From Azolla caroliniana (lineage: Eukaryota; Plantae; Polypodiophyta), in NCBI GenBank assembly GCA_043228905.1, contig JBHGNT010000004.1, positions 22,444,001 through 22,508,000 on the forward strand: a stretch of 64,000 bases of DNA. Direction: 5' to 3'. Below, piece by piece: positions 52,755-63,958 of the stretch (the first letter of the stretch is position 1; the number at the start of each line of letters is the position of its first letter). Below the pieces are notes generated by a model. It saw nothing but the letters and a program-made list of their open reading frames with translations. It ran no database searches and was not told the origin of the DNA. Made by a program: the position numbers and the translations under genes.

Positions 52755-53510
52755 GCCATCAATGACTCATATGACTACTGGGCTCGTGAGCTTATTCAAG
52801 AGGATGTTTTGTGACAATGCAAATTTATGATCCATGAAAGAAGAGTTTACTCTAGAATCTAGGAGGGTAGAGGGTAGGACTCGGTGACATGTAGATGTCA
52901 CAGTAAGCTCGACTTGTGCAAAAAAAACTCTACTAGATTTGATGAAATGGAACCACAACTAGGAACTAATTCTACATAGTTAGGATGGTCCAACCAAATG
53001 GCTCCTATTTTGGCTAGACTTACTCGTTTAACACATCCTCTAATTGGCTCAAGACATCGGATCTATTCTCATGGCATGGACTATTAGGCTTGTACTTATG
53101 TTATTAGAAGTAACAATGGAACTTGAAGTAGGGTTGTCATGTGCAGTTACTTTATATACTTGACGTCTAGGTTTATGTGGACAATTTACGGCTATATGTC
53201 CTGGACCGCCACAATATAGGCATAGATGGTGTGCTCGACGTCGTTGCTTCTCTATTTCCATTGGAGTTGGGCCATCCCTTGTAATGGGTCTGGAAACTTG
53301 TGGAGGCGTTGCGACCACAAAAGCGTAAATCTGTTCTGGTTGGCGGCATAACATTTGTTGGTGCTCAGAACATCGCTCAAATAAGCGACTATCACATCGC
53401 ACAGCTCGACTAATGGCCTCTGTAAGCGACTTTGGATCTTCATGGAAATTAAGAAGAAGATCTTTGACATCATTACGCAAACCTTGACGGAATTGATCCA
53501 TTAAGGCCCC
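52755..53510 (-). pseudogene. Chromovirus H gag C-terminus, frameshift signal and protease start; 5' part and 5' LTR missing
   Basis: LMDQFRQGL, GPTPMEI, CLYCGGPGHIAVNC; protease LLDSR; GTTAAAC at 53032-53026. Confidence 0.85.
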
Positions 53511-54440
53511 CTAATCTCGAGGTACCTTCAAATCTTTTTTATCGCCATCCTAGTGATGTTGGTGTAATCCTAGGTTCGACACGACTGCAACCAACGTTGG
53601 TTTTTTACATTCCATTGGATTCCTGCCTTATTGATACCATACGTGAATGTTTTCGCTCAAGCTATTCTAGATCAAATTGATTCCTCTCAAGCATCTTGTT
53701 CATGGTCACAACAACTAGGTACGGATTATCGACAATTCGAATGTCATGATGGATTACTATTCATTAAGAAACTTTTGTATGTTCCCGGTGGTCGATGTTA
53801 TCTTCGAGTAGCTCAAAATTGTCATGACACACACAGTTGGACATTTTGGTAGTACAACGATAATTTTGGTGGCCGCATATGCGAAGATTTGTCGAAGCCT
53901 ACATTAAGACATGTGATACATGTTGTAGAGCGAAGATGCCCAGACATCATCCATATGGTTTATTGAAGCCATTACCCATCCCCAACAAGCCATGGCAATC
54001 TATTTCTCTAGATTTTATAATAGATCTTCCGGATTCGAAGGGCTCCAACGCGATCTTAACAATGGTTGATCGATATACTAAGATGTCACATTTCTTGCCC
54101 TATACTAAAGAAATCACTCGTAAAGAAACCATAGGAATTGTTATGTGTGAAGTATTTCGGCATTATGGTCTTCCTGATAATATCATTAGTGATTATGCAC
54201 CCTAATTCGTCTCTAAATTTTGGAAGCATCTCTTCAAAATGGTCAAGGTCATCTACAACCTCTCCTTTGGCTATCATCCCCAAACAAATGGTCAAGTAGA
54301 ACGTACAAATCAAATGTTGGAACAATATCTTTGATGTTTTCTAAGCTATCAACAAGATGATTGGGCAAATATTCTACACTTTGCTGAATTTACTTATTAA
54401 TAATTCTATCCATTCCTCTACTAAGGTTATGTCATGATAT

Positions 54441-54499
54441 GGCAAGACTCGAACGCATGACCTTATATTATATGGGTCGAGCTCTTGACCATTATACCA
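54441..54499 (-). promoter_or_regulatory. tRNA-derived Pol III A-box/B-box module in I 5' LTR (copy in the 3' LTR at 60623-60681)
   Basis: Minus strand TGGTATAATGG...AAGGTCATG(C/G)GTTCGAGTC; spacing 46 nt. Confidence 0.7.
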
Positions 54500-54735
54500 T
54501 CTATTGTAATATGTAGAATATTATTTTCATTTAAGTTTTATTATAGGAAATTAATGTATATTCCAGATTTCTCTGGAACATTCTAGAAGCTTCAGGATTA
54601 CTCCTAAGAACACTATAAAAGAAGGCACTAGGCATTATTTTGAACCAAATTGGTTCAACGCCAGTCTTAAGCCTCATAGCCATCTTGTACTTACTCTTCC
54701 TATAATACATCATCTGTTATCATCATCTCTCTCTC

Positions 54736-54786
<51 letters not shown>

Positions 54787-54901
54787 TCTCTTCTCTTTCC
54801 TCCCTCTCAGGAGTCTTACGCAGTCCCGTCCTCTTAGTACTAATAGTACTTCCCTTCCCTAGTACTAATTCTCTCTCTGTTTTAGTACTATTCCTAACAG
54901 T

Positions 54902-54913
54902 TTGAACCAATTT
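54902..54913 (+). promoter_or_regulatory. I self-priming PBS (non-tRNA)
   Basis: TTGAACCAATTT has no TGG start and is the exact reverse complement of AAATTGGTTCAA at 54647-54658, 33 nt after the TATA box. Confidence 0.8.
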
Positions 54914-55525
54914 GTCCTCTCTAGTCTTTCTTTTGGTTTCCCTCATCCTCTTATCCTTTTTCTATACAATGGCTTCTGTTAGCGCCCAAGAATACCAAAC
55001 CGTTTTCTCCGAGCTACAATGTCTAAAAGAAAATTTTGTTACCTTGGAACAAGAAAACCAATAGTTGTTAGGGGATCTTCAACAAATCACCTTAGAAAAA
55101 CAACAAACGTAGCAACAACATGGGGAGTTAGCGTTACGTGTGCAACAACTCGAAGCAGTGTTGCAACAACAAGGATATGGTCCCCACGTATTTCATAAAG
55201 AGTCCAAGATTGGACTTCTTGTGAAATTTGATGGAACACGATCGCAATTTAGGGGCTTCCTCAATCAGGTACGCTTAGTCATTCAAATGCATCGTTCTCG
55301 ATACCCCATTGATGCATCCCGAGTCGGCCTAATAGGCACGTTGCTTAGCGGCTCAGCCTTGGCATGGTTTGCTCCGCTTCTGGAAAAACAATCGCCCTTA
55401 CTTAATAACTTTGAAGACTTTATTAGTGAGTTTAAAGCTTGCTTTGGAGATACAGACAGTATCCGGACGGCGATCAACAAAATCTGACAATTGCGTCAAG
55501 GCGATCGTCCAAGCTTTGCCTACGC

Positions 55526-56378
55526 TATCGTGCCTTTCGGCGTCGGATCGTTGCGTGAGTCGGGTGGGAACCGTCAGGGTTTTGGACTAGGAGGAGGAAG
55601 AATTTGAGGCTAATCTAGTTATGAGTAGATTACAAGAAAGAGATATAGAAACTTGTGAATCCCACAAGTATAGATTATTAGATTTATTACTATTTAGAAT
55701 CCTAATTACAATTTATCATAGATTGGAAGCGAGAGATTATATAAAACTTCGTGAATCCCACAATTATATTTTATTAATTGGTGTTTTAGGAAATATATCC
55801 AATTTCCAAATATTTCACCCACATATTGCATTGTGCTCCCCATCCTTATATAATGATGAGAGAGTCTTCACAATCCATGTTTTTTCTCTAACTATAGACT
55901 ATATGCTTTATCTAACATGCTTTTTCTAAAGTCATGCGTTTTTTTTTATCGACTATAGTGTTCATGCACGCTAGATGTGCATGTGTAGCTTTTTCTTTTA
56001 TCATGCCTTTTCCTAAAGTTTATCCTAGCGTGAACTTAGCTTTCTATGTGGGACATCTACTTTTTGACACTATCATAAGGCTTCACATTATTAACATGGA
56101 GGTACAAGGTTCGAATTTTGCCTTATGCATGTAACAATCTTTTCTTCTATTTACAAAATTGTCTCTTCATCCAGTGAGAGACTCTCACCGGCCTTCTTTA
56201 TCTGGCTCTTGCCGATTCTGCTTGATCCGGTTCTTACCAGGTCTCCTTACCGGGTCCTCCTTGCCGGTTCCTCCTTCATCTGGTTCTCCTTATCAGGTCC
56301 TCTTTACCAGTTCCTCCTTGTCCCATCCAGAGGAACAAAATTGCAATTTTCACGTAGTGTGCGAATTACACTACGACA
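55526..56378. mobile_element. Solo LTR K (853 bp) with C-like termini
   Basis: T(A/G)TCGTG...CGACA; TSD ACGC/ACAC; removing it restores gag codons GCC TAC GCG ATG. Confidence 0.75.
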
Positions 56379-56860
56379 ACACGATGGATTTCTGTCTACT
56401 CGCTTCAAATATCCCCTAGGATGATCAAGCACTAATGGAGTAGTTTCGCTACGGCCTGCAAAACGATGTCAAATATCTACTTCTAACCTTCTCCGAAGAA
56501 CCAAAGTCTCTTACGGAGGCAATCAATCGAGCGGTCCGATATGACAACCGCCTTTTTGAACGACATTCGGAACATCAATTACAAATACCACGCTCTAGGC
56601 CGGAACCCACTTACGCCTCAGTCGCGGCTAAACCGTTTGCACAAGACATACCTCAAGAAAATACTCTGACACCGATGGAGATCGACACCATGCGTCGACG
56701 TGACCCATTATCAGAAGAAGAAAAGCAACGACAACGTGCAAATTGATTATGTCTTTATTGCGGTGGAGTAGGGCATATCGCAATCAATTGTCCCCATAGG
56801 CCAAGAAGATAGGTAAATCAAATCGTAGCCTGTACTAAACCCAAGTCAATTCTTCCCTTA

Positions 56861-56980
56861 GGAGTGTCTGATAGTATTAATAGTATTAATAGAGTGTCTG
56901 ATAGTATTAATAGTACTAATAGAGTGTCTGATAGTATTAATAGTACTAATAGAGTGTCTGATAGTATGAATAGTACTAAT
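56861..56980 (+). repeat. In-frame tandem repeat, 4 x 30 bp, in I gag
   Basis: (A/G)GAGTGTCTGATAGTATTAATAGTACTAAT x4, encoding RVSDSINSTN. Confidence 0.95.
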
Positions 56981-57030
56981 AGCCCAAGTATCTCAAACAA
57001 ATTTGAAATCCTTAGTCAATTAGATGAAGA

Positions 57031-60000
57031 GTTAAACTATTGAATCTAGCCAAAATAGGAGCCGTTTGGTTGGACAGCCCTAGATCTGTACAGCCCATTA
57101 GTGGTTCCATTCCCTCCAAGCAAGTTAGCAATGTGTTCCAAGCCCAAGTCATGGTTAGTACTAAAAGTACTCCCCCAGTACATGTCCTAGCACTTCTAGA
57201 TTCCAAAGCTAATTCCTGTTTCATGGATTGAAATTTTGCCCAAGCTTCTCAGATATCCTTAAGAAAACTTCCTTGCCCCACATCTGTAGTAGTCATTGAT
57301 GGTCGTCCCATTGCTTCCGGGAATATTGTAGAAGAGTCAGAACCCATTCAAGTTGTCCTAGGTAGTTTTGTGTGTGTAGTAGCATTTAATATAATTAGTA
57401 GTCCAGAGCATCCCATTGTCCTGGGATTACCTTGGTTTGAATTACATAATCCAGACATAGATTGGAGAACAAGAGAAGTCTGACATCGACAACCCCAAGA
57501 ATCTACTCATTGAGTTTCGATCATTTCACTACGTCAATTACGCGAAGAAGGACACAAGGAGGCAATGTTCCTATTTGCAATATCAGTACATCCTTCCATC
57601 ACTATTAAGGAGGAATCCTTAGTGCAACTTCCAGCGAAATATCATCCTTATGCCGATGTATTTGACAAGGTAAAAGCCGGTACTCTTCCTCATCATTGTC
57701 CCTATGATTGTCCCATTGATTTACAACAGGAGCAGAGCCACCATGGGGACCAATTTACGACTTGTCACCCACCGAGTTAGAAGTCCTTCGAGCCTACATA
57801 GAGGAGAACTTGGCAAGCGGGTTTATTCGTCATTCGAAATCTCCGGCCGGTGCACCCATCTTCTTTGTCAAGAAGAAAGATGGCTCACTTCGTCTCGTCG
57901 TTGATTACCGCGGCTTGAATAAAGTCACCATCCGGAATAGGTATGCACTTCCTCTTATATCAAGTCTTTTAGAGCTAGTTAATGGTGCCAAGTTTTTTAC
58001 AAAAATCGATCTACGAGGAGCGTATAACCTCGTGCGGATCCGACCGGGAGATGAATGGAAGACCACCTTTCGCATGCAGTATGGGCATTTTGAATATACT
58101 GTTATGTCGTTCGGTCTAACCAATGCACCTGCAGTTTTCCAACACATGGCAAATGATATATTCAGAGACCTCTTGGATATCTGTTTGATCATCTATCTGG
58201 ATGATCTATTGATTTATTCGAAGACCCAGGAAGAGCACGATTCTCATGTACTATCAGTACTAAAACGACTCCGTGAGAATGGTCTTTATGCCAAGATAGA
58301 AAAATGTAGCTTTGACTACAAGCAAGTGGAATTTCTAGGCTACGTCATCTCCTCAAAGGGCATCTCCATGGATCCAGCTAAAGTCCAAACTGTGCTAGAG
58401 TGGCAAATTCCATGGACGGTACGAGATGTACAATGTTTTCTAGGTTTTGCTAACTTCTACTGCAAGTTTATACAAGATTACTCGAAGATTATTTTACTTC
58501 TCACAGAACTTATGAAGAAGGGACAAACATTTCTTTGGTCCAATGAAGCGGACATGGCTTTTCTGCATCTTAAGAAAGCCTTTACATCAACTCCTATTCT
58601 AGGTCATGTGGATACAAAGAAACCATTCATCATGGAGGCTGACGCATCGGATTTTGCCCTCGGTAGCATCATTTCTCAACAAGGAGATAAAGAAGAGTTA
58701 CATCTTGTGGCTTTCCATTCGAGCAAATTCAATGCCGCGGAAATCAACTACGAAATACATGACAAGGAGTTATTAGCCATCGTGGATTCCTTTGTGCAAT
58801 GGCGGCATTTCTTAGAGGGATCTCCACATCAGGTCATCGTCTTTAGTGATCACAAAAACCTTGCTTATTTCCAGAACGCTCGGGTGCTAAATCGACGATA
58901 AGCTTGGTGGGCTCAATTCCTCATGGGTTTTGACTTCAAAATCACATATCGACCGGGGAAGCAGCAAGGAAAAACAAATGTGCTATCATGGCGTTCATAT
59001 CTTGCACCTCCTCCTGGTGATCCAGCATTTGATAATCAAAAGCAAGTAATCTTGGGACCAACACGATTGTACACAACGCGGATTTTTCACACCCCAATGG
59101 ATTCCCGGATTACCGATGCCATACGTGCGAACTTGAAGACAGACAGTTTTGCTCAAGACATTCTGGCACACATTGATACCTCTCGGGCATCCTGTTCCCA
59201 ATCTCAACAACCAAGTATGGACTATCAACAATTCGAACATCATGATGGTTTGTTATTCTTTAAAAAGCTTGTATATGTCCTTGATTGCTCCTGTCGCCTT
59301 CAAATCGTCCAAAATTGCCACGACACCCATACGACGGGACATTTCGGTAGTACTAAGACATTGGATCTCGTTCAACGATCCTTTTGGTGGCCCCGTATGC
59401 GACGTTTTGTCGACGACTACATTCGGACTTGTGATGCTTGTTGTCGATGCCCCGACACCATCCATATGGCTGGTTGGAACCCTTACCGATTCCAAGTAAG
59501 CCGTGGCAATCTATTTGTCTTGATTTTATCACAGATCTGCCGGTCTCGAAGGGGTTCGATGCTATCTTAATCGTCGTCGATCGATATACGAAGATGGCAC
59601 ATTTTGTGCCGTGTACTAAGGTCATCACTAGCAAGGAAACCACCGCCCTTGTCATGCATGAGGTATTTCAGCATCATGGCCTCCCAGACAGTATCATCAG
59701 TGACCGAGGACCTCAATTCGTCTCCAAATTTTGGTAGCATCTCTTCAAGATGCTCAAGGTCTCTTGCAATCTCTCCTCCGGCTACCATCCCCAGACCGAT
59801 GGGCAGGCAGAACAAACAAACCAAACGCTGGAACAATATCTCTGATGCTTTCTAAGTTATCAACAGGACGATTGGGCCGAGATTCTCCACTTTGCGGAGT
59901 TTGCATATAATAATGTTGTTCACTCCTTGACTCAGGTCTCCCCATTTTACGCTTATACCGGTTCTCATCCTCGCTAGTCAGTGATCGACACCCCGGAGCT

Positions 60001-60619
60001 ACCTACCAATCCTCGTGCCGAGGATCATTTGGAGAGGCTATGCAAGATCCAAATGGATCTCTCTACTCATCTTCGTCATGCTCAAAACACACAGAAGACT
60101 TATGCGGATCATCATCTGCTTCCCTCCTCTTTTGCCATCGGAGATCTAGTATGGCTCTTACGTCGTCACATCAAGACTACTCGACCGTGCGACAAGTTGG
60201 ATTATCGACGACTCGGTCCTTTCCGTATTACTAGTAAGGTTAATGATGTCACGTTCCACCTTGATCTCCCTCTGCATCTTCAGATCCATCTGGTTTTCCA
60301 TAGCTCTCTTCTTGAACCTTATAAAGCAAACACTATTCCCGATCGTGTTACACCACCACCGCCCCCACTTGAGTTGGAAGTCGACCCAGAGTATGAAGTT
60401 GTTGTCATCCTCGATTCCAAACTTGTTCGCAACAAACTTTATTATTTGGTCGATTGGCTTGGCTATAGTCTGGGCGAACATACTTGGGAACCCGTCGAGC
60501 ATGTCACCAATGCTCAGGATCTTCTTGCTGAGTTCCACCGAAAGTATCCGGACAAACCCAGTTTGCAATCAGCGTCGATTCGTTCCACACGTCGTCTTAA
60601 GGGGGAGATAGTGTCATGA
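57031..60619 (+). pseudogene. I pol (PR-RT-RH-INT-chromodomain), -1 frame relative to gag
   Basis: LLDSKAN, YLDD, EADASDF, WQSICLDFI, chromodomain YYLVDWLGY..TWEP; stops and frameshifts. Confidence 0.9.
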
Positions 60620-61772
60620 TATGGCAAGACTCGAACCCATGACCTTATGTTATATGGGTCGAGCTCTTGACCATCATACCATCTATTGTAATACGTAGGA
60701 TATTATTTTCATTTAAGTTTTATTATAGGAAATTAATGTATATTCCAGATTTCTCTGGAACATTCTAGAAGCTTCAGGATTACTCCTGAGAACACTATAA
60801 AAGAAGGCACTAGGCATTATTTTGAACCAAATTGGTTCAACGCTAGTCTTAAGCCTCATAACCATCTTGTACTTACTCTTCCTATAATATATCATCTGTT
60901 ATCATCATCTCTCTCTCTCTCGTCCTCACTATCTCTCTCTCTCTCTTCTCTTCTCTTTCCTCCCTCTCGGGAGTCTTACACAGTCCCGTCCTCTTAGTAC
61001 TAATAGTACTTCCCTTCCCTAGTACTAATTCTCTCTCTGTTTTAGTACTATTCCTGATAGGTTACACCATTCTAAATTTCTATGCTTATATAGGCCATCA
61101 TCCTTGCTGGTGTGTATTAGAAACTCCTGAGTTACCCACAAATCCTAGTGTCGCGAATCATTTGGAGCGGCTATGAAAGATTCAAGCAGAACTATCTACC
61201 CACCTACATCAAGCCCAACAAACACAAAAGGATTATGCGGATCGTCATCGGATTCCATCCTCTTTTGATATTGTAGATCATGTATGGCTATTACGACAAC
61301 ATATAAAAACTACTCGACCATGTGACAAATTGGATTATCGACGGTTAGGGCCTTTCCATATTAACGGAAAAATTAATGATGTCACTTTTCACCTTGATCT
61401 ACCTCCGCAACTACGGATACATCTGGTATTTCATAGTTCTCTTCTAGAACCCTATCAGGACAACACTATTCCCAATCGTATTACACCACCTCCACCCCCG
61501 ATCGACCTTGAAGATAGACTTGAGTACGATGTTGCGGCTATCCTCAATTCCAAGATTGTTCACAACAAGCTCTACAATTTGGTCGATTGGCTAGGCTATA
61601 GTCCAAGCGAGCGTAATTGGGAACTAGTAGAGAATGTGGTCAATGCTTGAGCGCTTCTTGAAGACTTCCATCGTCAATACCCAAACAAGCCAAGTCCTCA
61701 ATCAAAGACAACTCATAACACTCGTCATTTGAATGGTGGGATAGTGTTATGATATGGCATGGTATGGATCCA

Positions 61773-61829
61773 AAAGGATTTGAACCCATGACCTTGTGTT
61801 ACATAGGTTAAAGCCATAACATTAAACTA
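61773..61829 (-). promoter_or_regulatory. tRNA-derived Pol III A-box/B-box module in J LTR
   Basis: Minus strand TAGTTTAATG...AAGGTCATGGGTTCAAATCC; spacing 45 nt. Confidence 0.65.
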
Positions 61830-62789
61830 TGCATTGTAATACAAAAAAAATTATTTTCATTTATTATTTCACTATAGGAAATTTATGTATATTCTAGATT
61901 ACTTTTGGAACATTCTAAAACTTTAGGAGTAATCCTGATAGTACTGTAAATAGAGGCACATTGCATTATTCAGAACCAATTCGGTTCGACGCCAGTCTTA
62001 AGCCTCCCAACTGTTCTTGTATCCTTCTTCATATAATAATATACTTCTTGTTGTCATCATTTTCTCTCTCTACTCTCTCTCTCTCTCTTCCCCTCTCGTG
62101 ATACTCACACACTCTTTCCCTTCTTAGTACTAATCGTCATTTTTCTCCTCTATCTTTAGTACTAATTCTTCTTGCCTCGACTACTATCCCTAACAATGCC
62201 TATGTAACAATGCATATATCGTGACTTCCTGGAAGTGAAAATTAATATATGTAAAAGAGCATATATAATAACAAGAATACTACACTATGAGATGTCCAAG
62301 AATCATTCACAACATTCAACTTGAGCAAGAACTTCACCGCATAAAAATGTTGCTATGTTAGAACAAACACACACTAAGTTTTTCTCTAAGAAAAATTGAG
62401 CATTTGAGTTCCTAAGTTGTTACAATGCTTTTAACCTATAAAACATATTCTCTTCCATAGCCATTGCCATTAATCCCTCTGCAGCAAAAACAGAGTAAGT
62501 AGGCTTTGGAACCCACTAAGCTTTCCATCAAGAACATTTAATCTGAAATCTGCAAAGAAAAGTAGTGTTGGGTTATCATCAATGTAAATATGAACAAGCT
62601 TCATGTAGGTGCCCTTTATCATAGTCCTTATGAAATCAAGGATTTGCAAACCTACACACAAAAGAAACACTCTTTTTTACTTCTTTCTCGAGCAACATCA
62701 TTCAATAAGTTGAAAACCTATACAATAACAATAAGAAATCAAAGGTTAATATATTGTGCGAATGAAATAACACAATCAAAATGATAGTT

Positions 62790-63025
62790 ACAAACAAAAG
62801 ATGTAGAGTAATAATCAAGAAGCATGAATCATTATACCTTCACCTCTTAAGTAATGCTACAATCTTGATACCATGCACAATAAGATCAACTTTTTTGGTC
62901 CATAATAGAATCTACAACAAACAAAAGATATAGAGTAATAATCAAGAAGCATCAATCATTATACCTTCGCCTCCTAAGTGAGCCTATGCACAATAACATC
63001 AACTTATGTGGTTCATAATATAATA
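62790..63025. repeat. Imperfect tandem duplication, unit ~127 bp
   Basis: ACAAACAAAAGAT.TAGAGTAATAATCAAGAAGCAT.AATCATTATACCTTC at 62790 and 62917. Confidence 0.8.
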
Positions 63026-63034
63026 TGCAACCCA

Positions 63035-63038
<4 letters not shown>

Positions 63039-63065
<27 letters not shown>
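63039..63065. repeat. (TA)n microsatellite
   Basis: Seen directly. Confidence 0.95.
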
Positions 63066-63070
<5 letters not shown>

Positions 63071-63859
63071 ACCATGTATGGATGCATGCCTAGTGGTTTT
63101 CGTATTACTATATCTGTCTCAATGAGCTCACTTTTCTCCAAGCCATCAATGTCGGAAGCATGAATTAATGAAGCCTACTTCCTTATAGTTTCAAAGGAAA
63201 CTCCAACATTGCAAGAACTATTCAGGGTCAAGACACTCATATATGTCATTTCTTGCCCAAATATACACATGGTTCAATCTCTTCTACTGTTCCTATGCTA
63301 TCGTGCCACCTTGAATAGCAAAGAAATTTGGAAACGAAATTTGTTCATTTAGTAAAGAAATTTGGAAATGAAACAAGAGAATGGAACTTCATGTTTGAGT
63401 TAGTAGATTAAGATTATAATTAATATAACACATATCAACAAGATCTACAGTCTTTCCGGCAAAGATGTCACAAAATAAATGAAGTGTTTTTTATGTGCAC
63501 CTCAGTGTTGGTTGGTCGAGATTCAAATGGTATGGCGTAAGCTCTTTAGAAGTTGTATTGGTTCGTTGTCTTTCTTTTTTAGAGCATGGCAGATGTCGAT
63601 TTGAGTTTGCATTCGCACGAAAGCTTGTACAAATCACAACAAACTCTTGTTCGATTGTCATTGGAATCTCTAGCCTCTATTGTCAATCGCTTCTTGAACC
63701 CGCATGAGGTTTCTCAAGACCAAAAGAGCTAGACTTTCATGTGAAATGACAATGGCAAATACATAGAGTAACATGGCAAAAAAAGCATGCGAGAGAATGT
63801 TGCAAATGCATGTGAGCATGCATTCATACATGCATATAAACACAACCATGCACATGCAA

Positions 63860-63958
63860 ATGTAAATACACATACACATACACATACACATAAACATAAA
63901 CATAAACATAAACATACACATAAACATACACACATGCATACACATACACATACAAACA
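63860..63958. repeat. Hexamer microsatellite (CATACA/CATAAA)n
   Basis: Seen directly. Confidence 0.9.

Larger units (their letters stand above)
54969..57043 (+). pseudogene. I gag, interrupted by solo LTR K
   Basis: KFDGTRSQFRGF, LSGSALAWF, TPMEID, CLYCGGVGHIAINC; several stops. Confidence 0.85.
54430..61059 (+). mobile_element. Tcn1-like chromovirus I, full length but decayed
   Basis: LTRs 54430-54899 and 60612-61059; TSD GGTTA at 54425-54429 and 61060-61064; PPT AAGGGGGAGATAG; GAG-PR-RT-RH-INT-chromodomain. Confidence 0.94.
53565..62195 (+). mobile_element. Chromovirus J (5'-truncated): integrase 53565-54429 plus 61065-61744, 3' LTR 61745-62195; interrupted by I
   Basis: WQSISLDFI integrase, chromodomain YNLVDWLGY, PPT-like GGTGGGATAG, LTR TGTTA...TAACA. 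Confidence 0.85.

Noticed and set aside
56064-56123. B-box-like GGTTCGAATTT in solo LTR K
   Set aside because: No convincing A box at tRNA spacing, so it is not counted with the chromovirus modules.
56861-56980. CRISPR-like array
   Set aside because: Head-to-tail units with no unique spacers, inside a retrotransposon gag, with no cas genes and in a eukaryotic context.
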